28,388 bases of DNA from a virus (taxonomy: Duplodnaviria; Caudoviricetes). Below, one piece after another: positions 7,646-17,529 of the stretch (position 1 is its first letter; each line of letters begins with the position of its first letter). The stretch spans positions 1 through 28,388 of IMG/VR virus record IMGVR_UViG_3300042894_003476; one strand, given 5' to 3'. The position numbers and the translations under genes were made by a program. The notes below the pieces were generated by a model. It had not been told where the DNA came from. It did not search any database and was given only the letters and a program-made list of their open reading frames with translations.

Positions 7646-7855
7646 TTAGCCGGTGAGAATGAAACCGACGATCAAACCCGTAGCAATCGGAGAAAGCACC
7701 GTCAGAGGAATAAGAGCGCCCATCACTCGTTCACGAAACTTCTCTAACTCTTTCACCCGCCCGTTCGTTTCTTGGGCCTGACGAAGAATCGCGTCTAGCT
7801 TCCTATTTGCCTGCTCTAGCTCTTGTTTGAGCAAAGCTACTTCAGTTGCCGTCAT
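7646..7855 (-). CDS. small coiled-coil + C-terminal TM protein (lysis accessory)
   Basis: TNGRVKELE coiled coil then hydrophobic C-terminus. Precedes the endolysin. Confidence 0.65.
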   Translation of the reverse strand: MTATEVALLKQELEQANRKLDAILRQAQETNGRVKELEKFRERVMGALIPLTVLSPIATGLIVGFILTG

Positions 7856-8592
7856 AGCGCTCGAATAATTGAATTGAGAACAATGAACGAAGGAGTATTT
7901 GCGTTAGAACTATTGCCGCTTGTGACCATTCCATTTACGGTTGTCGCAAATAGCCTTTGTCCGGTTGTCGCGGTAGAAGTCGTAAAGAAACTGCTGTTAC
8001 CTGTAGCCCCGGAGTTTTCGTGCGAGGCAAACTGTCCGCCTCTGCCAGTAGTCAAGCTGTGATAGTGCTTCGGCGTTCTGCTCGCAACGGCTACGCCGTC
8101 ATTTTCGCCTAAAGTATCTACATCAGCATTTGTGCCTTTACCGACTGTCACGCGCCCGCGCAAATCAGGAAGATTAAAAGTAGTTGAACCGTCACCTGAT
8201 CCGTAAGTAGTTGAAAGCGCAGTAAACAAATCCTGGTAAGTAGACCGGCTAACGGCCTGTCCTTCACATAACAGCCAATTTGTTGGAGCGGTTGAACCAG
8301 CATACGACTGAACCGAACCAATCGGAATAGCGTTATCTATTGTCCCGTTAGTCGCAACCTCAATCCAGGCCGTCCCGGTATCGAGATAAAGCCGGGAGGT
8401 ATCGGTCGCGTAGTAGTAGCGTCCGTCAACACCCGGCGAACCAACGGTAGAAGTCGGGCGGTTGGCAAACAACCCCTTGCCAAAAACGGCGGCGTTGTCA
8501 ATATCGGACGCAAGGTTGCCAATATCACGCGGAACATCTGCGGTATCAGCGGACGTCGGGTAGCGAAGCGCAAGACGCGCAGTAGTAGCCAA
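7852..8592 (-). CDS. tail fibre protein with tail-collar domain
   Basis: PIGSVQSYAG..P..WLLCEGQAVSRSTY..LF..GDGSTTFNLPDLRGR collar signature. Confidence 0.85.
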   Translation of the reverse strand: MATTARLALRYPTSADTADVPRDIGNLASDIDNAAVFGKGLFANRPTSTVGSPGVDGRYYYATDTSRLYLDTGTAWIEVATNGTIDNAIPIGSVQSYAGSTAPTNWLLCEGQAVSRSTYQDLFTALSTTYGSGDGSTTFNLPDLRGRVTVGKGTNADVDTLGENDGVAVASRTPKHYHSLTTGRGGQFASHENSGATGNSSFFTTSTATTGQRLFATTVNGMVTSGNSSNANTPSFIVLNSIIRAL

Positions 8593-8604
8593 TTTCCCTC
8601 CTAT

Positions 8605-9195
8605 TTAGGGCGCTTGGTAGTCGCGAACGGCGAGATAGTCCGCGAACGTTGATTCAAGGTCTGCGTAATCGTCGTAGCTTGATTCAAGCTCGGCGTAAAC
8701 TTGTCCATCGACCCGAACGTACGTCAGGATTATTCCGGCAGGCTTATGAAGATTCAAAGCCGCTTCAGTCGCGGCTTCATCGGGAGTATCAGAAGTGTAA
8801 GTAACGGCGGTTAGCTGATAAGCGCTTCCGTCGCGCTCGTAAAAGTTGACTATCTTATTCCCGGTAAGGGTCTTTGCTGCCGCAGCGGCCATAGAAGCCG
8901 GGGTGCCGCGAGAGAAACCGTCAACGTCCCCAATCGCAATACGAAACGTCTCGTCGGTGTATTCAGCGCGAGGACGAACACCAACAAACTGACCCAACCA
9001 CGCGAGCGCCGGGGACTCGCTCAACGTAACGGGAACAGTCCAGCCGGGTTGATCGCCGTCAATGACAATCTCCTGAACCTGCTCAAACATCACGCCGATA
9101 GCGTCAACCAGCACGCCGAGATTAGGACTAAGGAAAGGCTCTAGCCGCTCGCGTGAGTCCTCCGAAAACTTCTCAGCGCCGAACGTGCCAGCCAT
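8605..9195 (-). CDS. baseplate wedge protein (gpI-like)
   Basis: LAWLGQFVG, RGTPAS and HKPAG motifs. Follows baseplate J. Confidence 0.75.
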   Translation of the reverse strand: MAGTFGAEKFSEDSRERLEPFLSPNLGVLVDAIGVMFEQVQEIVIDGDQPGWTVPVTLSESPALAWLGQFVGVRPRAEYTDETFRIAIGDVDGFSRGTPASMAAAAAKTLTGNKIVNFYERDGSAYQLTAVTYTSDTPDEAATEAALNLHKPAGIILTYVRVDGQVYAELESSYDDYADLESTFADYLAVRDYQAP

Positions 9196-10346
9196 CAGAT
9201 AGCGGTCGCGACAATTGTTCCAGGCTCAGGCAGCGGGGCGTACCCCGAAAGCACAATCTCAGAGCCGTAAGGGTTGCCGTCAATCTCCAAATAGTCTATG
9301 TAGTCAACGCCGGGAACGCTGTTGACGACTGCCGCGACCTCGTAGAACCGAACGGTCGTTGTGTTGGTCCAGCCTGTCGCCTCGCCTCCTTCAGCGGGCA
9401 AACCCCAGGTAGCCGGTGACAGATAGGTATTCAGCGCGTCTTCTACCGCGTCTTCAACATCGGTCGGGTCGTAGCCCTCAACGATCGTAAAGTCAACCGA
9501 CACATCGACCGGGGAAAGCTCCGGGTCAATGACGTAAACATTGAAGTTGACTTCGCGAGCGCCCTCTAGAGCGTCCTCGATCTCACCCTTCATCGTGGGG
9601 CTAACCGGCTGACCATCAGCATCGACCGCCGCGACCGTAACCGAACGCTCCGCTGAAGTATCCGGCGTAATCGGGTCCAGAAGATCAATCGCGACCGCAC
9701 GCTCCACACCCTCAATTTGCTGCGCCAAAAGGGCAAAGTCACGCGGGATAATCGGACGGGGAGCGAGAGTCTGAAGAAGCGCCGACAAACGATTCAAATA
9801 GTCCTCGTCAGTCTCAGCGTCAACGCCGCCAGAAGAAGTCGTAGTGAACGTGACCGACGAAATGAACGCGAGAGGATCCACAAGCTCTGCGGCACCCGTC
9901 AAACTGTTGCCGTCAACCCCAGGCTCAACCGCCGCCATTTCAACAAGCGTCTGCGTTGTGCTGCCGTTAGCGATAGTGAAAGCGTTTACGTTCGCGAATG
10001 CGACTCCCTCAACATCGACAACGGTTCCGGCGGGAATCGTATAGCCCGCGTTATCGGCCATAACCCAGGTAGCGAACGCCGAAGCGGAAACCGCGTCCTG
10101 GGGCTGGAAACCAAGAAGGGAAGCGCCGAAGTAGCGGAAGATTGACTCCGGGACCGTTGCGGTGATCTCGGCAAGTTCAGCGGCTTGCTGCGCGAACGCC
10201 TCAATGATCAGGACGTCAAGGTTTCCCGGCGAGGGCTGCCAGCCCGGAATCTGAGACTGAATGTAGTCGTAGGCTGCCTGCGCCAGCGAAGAAGTGTCCT
10301 GATCGAGCGGGTAGGTGATATATCCGGTAGCGGGAACGTCAGTCAC
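9195..10346 (-). CDS. baseplate J-like protein
   Basis: TIPAGT, AVEPGVDGN, GGVDAETDEDYLNRL, VPGVDY. Confidence 0.9.
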   Translation of the reverse strand: MTDVPATGYITYPLDQDTSSLAQAAYDYIQSQIPGWQPSPGNLDVLIIEAFAQQAAELAEITATVPESIFRYFGASLLGFQPQDAVSASAFATWVMADNAGYTIPAGTVVDVEGVAFANVNAFTIANGSTTQTLVEMAAVEPGVDGNSLTGAAELVDPLAFISSVTFTTTSSGGVDAETDEDYLNRLSALLQTLAPRPIIPRDFALLAQQIEGVERAVAIDLLDPITPDTSAERSVTVAAVDADGQPVSPTMKGEIEDALEGAREVNFNVYVIDPELSPVDVSVDFTIVEGYDPTDVEDAVEDALNTYLSPATWGLPAEGGEATGWTNTTTVRFYEVAAVVNSVPGVDYIDYLEIDGNPYGSEIVLSGYAPLPEPGTIVATAI

Positions 10347-10636
10347 TAGCTCTCCTTCACTCGCGCCGTCACCGTCGCGGTCGCGTCCTCAATAACTTGG
10401 TCAATGCTTGTGTCCGCTCGCGGCTCCCAGCGCGTAACCGCAGCGCGAAGCTCTGAAAGGTCAGCGCCGTTTTGCCGGAACGCCTGATCGCTAATTCCAA
10501 ACTGCGGCTCTTCAGCCCTAAACCCAACCGGGCAAGACAAGATCGCTGCGACGCAAGCGGTTACGTCCTCGATCGAGTCCTGCTCGTTGTAGGCGTCGAA
10601 GTTGAACGGGAACGTGAAGTGCGGGATCTCAGCCAT
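10346..10636 (-). CDS. gp25/gpW-like baseplate wedge (sheath initiator)
   Basis: Likely start MAEIPH at 10636. G.R...PQFG and RWEPR motifs. Confidence 0.8.
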   Translation of the reverse strand: MAEIPHFTFPFNFDAYNEQDSIEDVTACVAAILSCPVGFRAEEPQFGISDQAFRQNGADLSELRAAVTRWEPRADTSIDQVIEDATATVTARVKES

Positions 10637-10647
10637 AAACAAGTCTC

Positions 10648-10914
10648 CTAGTAAGCGGCGCTTCCGTTCCACCAAGCAAGAACCCAAACCTGATTCTCAT
10701 TGGAGAAACCCACAAGCGCCCGGTCCCCAGCGGAAGGAAGCTCGCCAGCCTTCGGCATAAACAAGGCCGGACCCCACTTGAACGAGTCGTCAAAGGACGG
10801 AATAACAACGTAAAGATCATCGTTGCCGTCAGCGGGAGAGTTCACAACCTCCGCTTCCAGCAAAACCCCAGGTTCGCCCTTGCGGGTCGTGAACACATCG
10901 GCAAGATCGGTCAT
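10648..10914 (-). CDS. small baseplate spike/gpV-like OB-fold protein
   Basis: Likely start MTDLAD at 10914. LPSAGDRALVGF motif. Sits between hub and gp25. Confidence 0.65.
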   Translation of the reverse strand: MTDLADVFTTRKGEPGVLLEAEVVNSPADGNDDLYVVIPSFDDSFKWGPALFMPKAGELPSAGDRALVGFSNENQVWVLAWWNGSAAY

Positions 10915-12833
10915 TACGTCCCCGGCCAATGACGCGGCGTAAACCCAGCCGTTGAGCGCGGCGAGTGCCAACCCGTCCGGGCCTTGTTAGCCCCGCCAGC
11001 TTCCGCAAAGCGAGTCTTGCCGCCAACCTTGAAAGTAATAAAAGTGTGCGAAGCGCGAGCGTTACCGGTTTCCTTAACCCAAACGGTCATAATCCGGCCC
11101 TCGCCTCGCTTACCCCAACTGTTCAACCCAACCGTCGTCAACGGCGAACCCTTCAAGATTCCTGCCGCGTGAAGCACCGACGAAACAAACCCTGAGCAGT
11201 CATAACCGCGAGGATCATTGAAACCGCCGTGACCACCGCCCCAAACGTAAGCCTGTTTCTTCGCGTCAATCGCGTTTACGCGAGCAATCGCCTTGTTCAC
11301 AATCTCGTTGTCGGTACTGTCGCTACCTGAAGCTCCGTCGCTCTCGCTCTCACCCTTCGGCTCCGGCAGACGCTTAGACGCCCTGCGCAACTCAACAGTC
11401 GCTTCAAGATCCGTAAGGCTCCGGCGGAAGCTCTGAACGATCCAGCGGCCATCAGCGGGACCGGCCTCCTGAATCTCAACAACCGCCCCAGGATTCACGC
11501 GCCAACGCGAAGTTCGCAGCACAACCGTTGCCTCTTGAACGCGCTTGCCGGAGTCAAACTCGAACTCCAAACTCATAACCCCCGGATCAAACTCGGCAAT
11601 TACAAGCTGCGGCTGCGACTTGATCAAATCCTCGTCAGAGAGAAAATAGATCGTGTTAGCCGAACAAAACGCCCGAAAGTTGACCTCTTCAGCAAGCCGC
11701 TGAATACAAGTCCAGGAATCCTCTCGCTCTTTGCCCTGACCGCGACTAAACTCGTACTTGCCGTCAGCGGCAGCGCCTCCACCCGTACCGTAAGCCGAAA
11801 TGATCTTCTCGGCTTCCGCCTTGCGACCGTTGACCTTGCTCACGTAATCCGGGGAACCCTCACCCCCATTCACAACCCCGTTATTGACCAGGGCCGCAAT
11901 CTTTCCAATCGACCAACTAGGGTGCCTGCGAGCAACCCCAATCAGGCCGCCACCCTTGCTGTTTTCGAAGCTAGTAGTTGAGTGCTTCAGGATCGAGCGG
12001 ACCGAATAGGCGATATTGAGTGCCTGGGCCTTCGTGAACGTTCCGTCAATGCCGCTAGAGCGCCCGGGGATCGCCTGAATGACTCCAAAGGAAATGGAGT
12101 CCGCGCCCTTGCCCTGAATGTTCTTGAACTCGCACTCAACAATGATCATCGCGACAAGGGCGGTCAGCGCCTTGCCGGTAGCGCCCTCACTCGTAGCGGC
12201 GTCCAAAACCTCGTTCATAACGCGGATCTGCGAACCCGAAGCGCGAGCGCCTTTGACAGTCACGTTCGCGTTCTTCGCGATACCACTTGACTTCGTTTGC
12301 GTCCGCTCAGTCTGCGTCTTCTTGACGCGACCGGCTCTCGTGAGATCCGGGGCGTAAAAGTCAATCGGGTACGTCTTGACTTCCTCAACAAGACGCTTCA
12401 CAAACTGAGAGCGCGTGATCTTGTCGCGACTGACCTTCAGCGGCTTGTCTTTTCTTCTCAAAAGCGCAACTGCCCGCTCCTCAAAGGTAAGCCGAAGCTC
12501 ATTGTCATTCTTGCCGACAGAAACAAGACGGAAATACAAGCCGTCAAGCTGAATATCAACGGCGGTTTCAAAGATCCCCGAACGAAGAAGCTTGCGGTCC
12601 GGGTCGTGAAGGGAAATCGAAAGCGTCGAAGCGCCGTCAATCGTGCGCTCCAAATCCGCGCTCGTGATCGCACCCGCAACGTTGAAATCGCCGGTCTTGA
12701 AGTTCTCCAAGACCAGCTTCTCGATCCCAGCGTCCATACCCGGCGAGATATTCCGGGTAGCCCGCATCGAGTCGATCAGCTTCGGGGGCAGCGCCACCTT
12801 CGCAATCGGACCCGGCAGCTTCTTTTTCGGCAT
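10914..12833 (-). CDS. baseplate hub fused to lysozyme-like insert and C-terminal NlpC/P60 peptidase
   Basis: Hub-like EDSWTCIQRLAEE and GRWIV. Insert MIIVECEF...SFGVIQ. C-terminal YVWGGGH..DCSGFVS..H. Confidence 0.75.
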   Translation of the reverse strand: MPKKKLPGPIAKVALPPKLIDSMRATRNISPGMDAGIEKLVLENFKTGDFNVAGAITSADLERTIDGASTLSISLHDPDRKLLRSGIFETAVDIQLDGLYFRLVSVGKNDNELRLTFEERAVALLRRKDKPLKVSRDKITRSQFVKRLVEEVKTYPIDFYAPDLTRAGRVKKTQTERTQTKSSGIAKNANVTVKGARASGSQIRVMNEVLDAATSEGATGKALTALVAMIIVECEFKNIQGKGADSISFGVIQAIPGRSSGIDGTFTKAQALNIAYSVRSILKHSTTSFENSKGGGLIGVARRHPSWSIGKIAALVNNGVVNGGEGSPDYVSKVNGRKAEAEKIISAYGTGGGAAADGKYEFSRGQGKEREDSWTCIQRLAEEVNFRAFCSANTIYFLSDEDLIKSQPQLVIAEFDPGVMSLEFEFDSGKRVQEATVVLRTSRWRVNPGAVVEIQEAGPADGRWIVQSFRRSLTDLEATVELRRASKRLPEPKGESESDGASGSDSTDNEIVNKAIARVNAIDAKKQAYVWGGGHGGFNDPRGYDCSGFVSSVLHAAGILKGSPLTTVGLNSWGKRGEGRIMTVWVKETGNARASHTFITFKVGGKTRFAEAGGANKARTGWHSPRSTAGFTPRHWPGT

Positions 12834-13465
12834 CAGGGAATACGCAGCTTCTCGCCCTCAACGACGTCTTTAGGAGACCGCCGCGCCTTGCCCTTCTTCT
12901 TGCCTCTCGTGAACTTCGGGTTAGCGGCCAGAAGCTCGCGCCAACGCCCACCAAACCCCAGCACTTCCCCAGCAATCTTCGAAAGGGTGTCCCCCTTCTT
13001 GACCTCGTAAAGCCGAACCCTGTCACGGGTTGTGCGCTCGATCGCATCATCAGCGACCGCTTCAATCAAGGAAAGGTTAATCCCAACGCGGCAAGGCTTA
13101 CCCGCCGCGTTAAGCGCGGTCGGTGTCCAAACAAGATCAGTTACGTACCACGAGATCAAACCGTTACCAGGAACCCCATCACCGGCAACCTTGATCTTCG
13201 GGGGAGCATTCAGTCCGTCGTTGCTTGCCAGCCGCGCAAGCTGAAAAAGCTCGCCGTCAACCGCTCGATCGTCAGCAAACCCATCGAGAAGTAGCGAGAT
13301 TTCAAGGGTGCGGGCAGGGGGCGACTTCCACTCAGCGACCGGGGAACGCTTCGGGCGCTCTACTTCCTCAAAGCCTCCGTAGCCGCCGCCAAAGACCGGG
13401 GGATCCTCACCCATCAGAAGATCAACCGAAGCCTGCGGGTTATCGCACGAAATCCGAACGTTCAT
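12833..13465 (-). CDS. LysM-domain tail tube initiator
   Basis: YEVKKGDTLSKIA...WRELLAAN...GEKLRIP LysM domain. Follows the tape measure gene. Confidence 0.85.
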   Translation of the reverse strand: MNVRISCDNPQASVDLLMGEDPPVFGGGYGGFEEVERPKRSPVAEWKSPPARTLEISLLLDGFADDRAVDGELFQLARLASNDGLNAPPKIKVAGDGVPGNGLISWYVTDLVWTPTALNAAGKPCRVGINLSLIEAVADDAIERTTRDRVRLYEVKKGDTLSKIAGEVLGFGGRWRELLAANPKFTRGKKKGKARRSPKDVVEGEKLRIP

Positions 13466-14964
13466 CGCCGCGCCTGCCTATCCGCAAACTCGGAGCCGAC
13501 CGCCTCCGCGATCTGACGACGATCCAAGTAAACCTTCGTGACAATCGGACGGCCCGCGCCCCCACCCATAACCGGGACGGGATTCACGCGGCCACCCCCG
13601 CCGAAATGCGCCCGCTGCGCCCGACCAACAAAGTTAAGGACGCCGGGAACACCGGTCATACGTTCAAGGATTCGCTCGCCGGAACCGGTGACGACAAACT
13701 CGCCTGGGGAAAGCATCGCGGGAACGGTGTCAGCGGACACCCTCGCGCCGGGAACGTATCCGCCCCCCGCGAACCCAATACGTCCGCCCTGACGTCGCCC
13801 TATGCCGTCAGAGCCGCCGGGAAGAAGTCCCCTGAGCGCACCAACGGGATCTTGAACAACTTGTTTTATGTCTTCAAACGCGCTTTTCGCTGCCCTTAAA
13901 GCCTCAATGAATGATCCAAGCGGCGTCATATCAAAAACCTGCTTGAAAATCTCGCGAAGGACGCGCATCTTCTTGAACGTTGAAACGGCAGTTTTGACGC
14001 GACCAACAACCCAACGAAGAACGCCGCCGACGTCTCGAACAACGCTCCAAACATCTTTCATTGTGCGGCTGAACTCGCCGCCCGCGCCCTTCCCGGTTCG
14101 CATCTGACGAATAAACCGCGTAAGCGTCCTGACGACCGAAAGCATCGCGGGGCGAAGCTGATCTCCAAGCTTGACCTTCGCATCGGAAATCTGCGCCGAG
14201 AGAATGCGTTGCTGATTAGCGAGACCGCCGCTTGTGCGAGCAAAGTCGCCCTGGGCCTTGCTTGTCTGACGGAAGATAAGCGCCTGGGCCGCAAGCGCCT
14301 TTTGCTGCGGCGTTAGAGCGTCCTTCGTGGTCTTGATCAGACCCAGCCGAAGGGCAGCCGTCCGAAGTTGCGCGTCGTTGATATTGACACCGAAGCGGCG
14401 AAGCGGCTCAGTCTCACCAACAAGACCGGAACGCAGAGCCTCTAGAGCGTCCTCGATCGAAGTGTTGTTGAACGACGCAAGATCAGAAGCGAGCTTGGTC
14501 AGAGCAACCGAACTTTTCGCGGAAGCTTCCTCACCTACACCAACGGCCCGGAACAGGTTTCCGAAGACGCCCGTGTATTCCAGGGCTGCGGCCTGACTGA
14601 TACCAAACGAAAGCGCCGACGAATCAGAAAAAGCTTTGACGGCCTTTGCGCTACGACCAAAGAGAACTTCGTTCTTCGAAAGTGACTCGCCAACCGACGT
14701 CGAAAGGTTGATTGAGTCACCAAGAACGCGAACGGCGGTATCCAGCCCAACATAGGCACCGATAGCGGCAGCGGCCCCGCCAGCGATTCCCTTCAGGCCG
14801 CCAGCAAGAAGACCGGTTGCGCCAGCGGTCCGGCGGGTCGTGCGATCGGTCTTGTCAGCCGAACGCTCAATCCCGTCAATGCTTGTAGCAACCTTCTTGG
14901 AATCACCTACGAACTCACGGGAGTTCTTCAGGCGAACCGCAATATCTATATTGCCCTGAGCCAT
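13462..14964 (-). CDS. tape measure protein (short, 500 aa)
   Basis: LASDLASFNN, GETEPLRRFG and LANQQR TMP motifs. C-terminal DTVPAMLSPGEFV and KVYLD.RQIA. Confidence 0.9.
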   Translation of the reverse strand: MAQGNIDIAVRLKNSREFVGDSKKVATSIDGIERSADKTDRTTRRTAGATGLLAGGLKGIAGGAAAAIGAYVGLDTAVRVLGDSINLSTSVGESLSKNEVLFGRSAKAVKAFSDSSALSFGISQAAALEYTGVFGNLFRAVGVGEEASAKSSVALTKLASDLASFNNTSIEDALEALRSGLVGETEPLRRFGVNINDAQLRTAALRLGLIKTTKDALTPQQKALAAQALIFRQTSKAQGDFARTSGGLANQQRILSAQISDAKVKLGDQLRPAMLSVVRTLTRFIRQMRTGKGAGGEFSRTMKDVWSVVRDVGGVLRWVVGRVKTAVSTFKKMRVLREIFKQVFDMTPLGSFIEALRAAKSAFEDIKQVVQDPVGALRGLLPGGSDGIGRRQGGRIGFAGGGYVPGARVSADTVPAMLSPGEFVVTGSGERILERMTGVPGVLNFVGRAQRAHFGGGGRVNPVPVMGGGAGRPIVTKVYLDRRQIAEAVGSEFADRQARR

Positions 14965-15180
14965 CTAGCCCTTTCCGCCGAACAACTGTCCAACTGCGTT
15001 CGCAATCCGAATCGCGAGCGCTTCGTCCCTTTGCTCCGCGACCTCAACAACCTTCGCAATAAGCGCCGTGATCACCGGGAGATCAGCGCTAGAGGCTTCA
15101 AGAACGAGCATCGGGTCAACCCCAAAGCTCGCCGCGACCGCCGCCGCCTCAACTGCGGGGTCGCTAGTTAGCCTTCCCCC
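14965..15180 (-). CDS. tail assembly chaperone -1 frameshift extension (gpT-like)
   Basis: GGGGGAA at 15180-15174. The -1 frame is open (RLTSDPAVEAAAVAASFGVDPM...GQLFGGKG) to a TAG abutting the TMP ATG. Confidence 0.8.
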   Translation of the reverse strand, partial: GGRLTSDPAVEAAAVAASFGVDPMLVLEASSADLPVITALIAKVVEVAEQRDEALAIRIANAVGQLFGGKG

Positions 15181-15683
15181 AAATCAGAAGAAACCTCCTC
15201 GTCAACGTTCGTAATCCACTCCGCGACTTCCAAAGCGTGAGCGTTGATCGTGGTTTCAATCGGGGAGCCGTCCGGGAACTGCGGAAAGCACCCGTAAACA
15301 ACCTCGCGGGCGCTCTCGGCCTCAAAGCCCAGGATCTCCGCAAGTTGCTTATCGAACCGGACCGGGGCATCTTTTCCGGCCTCGTCCTGAAGCGTGCGCT
15401 TCTCACCATCGACCACGACCAGGATCTCCTTACAGGTCGTGATAATCAGGTCAGCCGCAGCCGCCAAATCCGCTTCGGGTGTCGCCTGAGATTCCAGACG
15501 ATCAACCCTTGACGCAAGCTTTCGCATCTCGCCTGCGCGAACCGGGGTGTAACGGGCAACAAGCATTCCCGACCACCCCGGCACTCGCAGATCGAGCGTG
15601 CGTTCGCGCCTAAGTTCGGCGTGCTGTTCACGCAGCCGAACAATGGCGCTATCAACTACCGCCTCGTTCCCCTGGGCTTCCAT
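15168..15683 (-). CDS. tail assembly chaperone (gpG-like)
   Basis: Between tube and TMP. Ends in slippery ...LGEG. Confidence 0.8.
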   Translation of the reverse strand: MEAQGNEAVVDSAIVRLREQHAELRRERTLDLRVPGWSGMLVARYTPVRAGEMRKLASRVDRLESQATPEADLAAAADLIITTCKEILVVVDGEKRTLQDEAGKDAPVRFDKQLAEILGFEAESAREVVYGCFPQFPDGSPIETTINAHALEVAEWITNVDEEVSSDLGEG

Positions 15684-15685
15684 TA

Positions 15686-16108
15686 CTAGGAAACAGTCGC
15701 GTTAGTCGATACTTCCAGTTCCAGCATTCCCGGATCGTTGCTCTGCGAATCGTGATCCGGGAGCTTGACGTTCTTCAGAATGCCGTTGTATACAACCGGC
15801 GAGCCGTAGGCGTTGCCGTCAGCATCGAGCGGCTGTTTAGTGATCGTGACCGCACCCTTGCCGATAGCGGCCTTCAGCGAAGCAAGGTTCGCCGCGTGGT
15901 CGCCGTCAAGCGAATAGATACGCGAGACAGTCACGTTGGAAACGGTCTTCGGACCGCCGAGAGCAACTTCCGCACCCATTCCACCGGGGCGGTACTTGGT
16001 CTCCTCTGAGTCAAGCTCGCCGCCGCTCAGTTTGTCGAACGTCCCCAGGGAGACGCCCGCAACCGAAACGGTGACGGCGTACTGATCTTCTCTACTTTGA
16101 ATAGGCAC
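15686..16108 (-). CDS. tail tube protein
   Basis: 140 aa after the sheath. F..LSGGE...EETKYRPGG, NVTVSR. Confidence 0.85.
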   Translation of the reverse strand: MPIQSREDQYAVTVSVAGVSLGTFDKLSGGELDSEETKYRPGGMGAEVALGGPKTVSNVTVSRIYSLDGDHAANLASLKAAIGKGAVTITKQPLDADGNAYGSPVVYNGILKNVKLPDHDSQSNDPGMLELEVSTNATVS

Positions 16109-17529
16109 TAGTTGATCTCCTGACTGACCGGAACCTTCACGATCTCAATAACCACAAGTTCAGCCATAGGCGAAACTCGCATCGAGATAACGGCCCGAAG
16201 CTGACCGGCCTCGATCGTTTCGGGGGTATTGACTGACGTATCCACGCGGAACGCCTCTTCGGGAGTGTCGCCGTACAGGCCGCCGGACTCGTAGTAGCCG
16301 GTAAGCATTCCCGAAAGGTCGCCAGCGAAAGCGGCAATCGTGCGGCCCTTACCGTCAATCTGCGAGAGGACGTAACGCTCGGCAATCTCAGAAGCCTTCG
16401 CGGTCACGGCCATACGCAGACGCGAATTACCAAGCTGCCAGTTGTTCGGGTCCGTATCCGGATCAACAAGGGTGCGGTAGCCGTACGTGCGCGGCCCGCC
16501 ATAAACGAGCTTCGCGACGTTGACACCGGCATCGTTCAGGGTCTCGCGATCATCGTCAGTCCAAGACTGAGCAAGCTCGATCACCGAAACGGGCTGACCA
16601 TTGACACCAGCGGCGGGAACGTTCGGGTTAAGACCCGAAGCGTCACGGCGAGCTTCAAGCCCCGCCTGAACCGCCGAGTAAGGAACCGTCCTGACGCTAC
16701 CGCCAGAAACCCCAGCGATCTTCGCCCAGGGCGCAAACAGAGCGCCACGCGAAGCACCGGGAAGGATTGAAGCGGCAGCCGCCGCAGCGGTCAGCGTCGC
16801 AACCGTCGCGGTATCCGCAGCATCGAGCAGAGCAATACGGTTCGTATCTTCTGCGTGCTGTAGAAGCTGCGAATGAGCAGTACCGGTAGTGCGACCAGGA
16901 TAAGACACCTGACCGGGGCCGAGATCCGCGACAAACAGATCAAGGGCAGTCTGCCAATCAGAATCGGTCGCGCTTGCGTAATCATCGCTACCACCCGAAA
17001 GCGAAGAAGTCCCAACGCTGGGATCGCTCGCGGAACCGGCGTTATCGGTGATCGTCACGTAAGCGCTATCCCAATCCTCCGCGTCCGCAACGGTCGCGTA
17101 ATCAGGGCTTGTCTCAGACACCGAAGCGTCGCTGTCGTGCGTGACCACAAACCGGAAAGTGCCGGACTGCGAACCAGCCTCAACCTCAACGTTCAGGCCA
17201 TTACCGAACGCACCCGGATACTTCGCCTCAACGTCAACCGTTGAATCAATCGTTACCGAAGCGTTAGCCGCAGCGGGACCAACAACGCGGGCGACGTAAC
17301 ACACCGAACCACCCTCACGGAAGAACGTCTCTACCGAATCGCAAAGCGAACCGGAGTTAACGCGCCCGCCAAACGCGGACTTGAACTCTTTGAGAGACCG
17401 GACCTTTACCGCCTCGTCGGTCGGGCCGAAATCCGCGAAACCGGCTGCGAACCAAGTTCCGGTATCGGTCGGCGCGGTGCGAGCGGGCGGCGCATCACGG
17501 TTAATTACCAAACTGCCTGGGAGAGTCAC
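16108..17529 (-). CDS. tail sheath protein
   Basis: FFREGGS.CYVARV, AKYPGAFGN, RIALLD, LNDAGVN, YGYRTL, EAFRVD, PMAELV. Confidence 0.92.
   Translation of the reverse strand: MTLPGSLVINRDAPPARTAPTDTGTWFAAGFADFGPTDEAVKVRSLKEFKSAFGGRVNSGSLCDSVETFFREGGSVCYVARVVGPAAANASVTIDSTVDVEAKYPGAFGNGLNVEVEAGSQSGTFRFVVTHDSDASVSETSPDYATVADAEDWDSAYVTITDNAGSASDPSVGTSSLSGGSDDYASATDSDWQTALDLFVADLGPGQVSYPGRTTGTAHSQLLQHAEDTNRIALLDAADTATVATLTAAAAAASILPGASRGALFAPWAKIAGVSGGSVRTVPYSAVQAGLEARRDASGLNPNVPAAGVNGQPVSVIELAQSWTDDDRETLNDAGVNVAKLVYGGPRTYGYRTLVDPDTDPNNWQLGNSRLRMAVTAKASEIAERYVLSQIDGKGRTIAAFAGDLSGMLTGYYESGGLYGDTPEEAFRVDTSVNTPETIEAGQLRAVISMRVSPMAELVVIEIVKVPVSQEIN

Noticed and set aside
7852-17529. Stand-alone contractile injection system or tailocin
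   Set aside because: Portal, scaffold, capsid and neck genes are contiguous with the tail, so this is a complete phage morphogenesis region.
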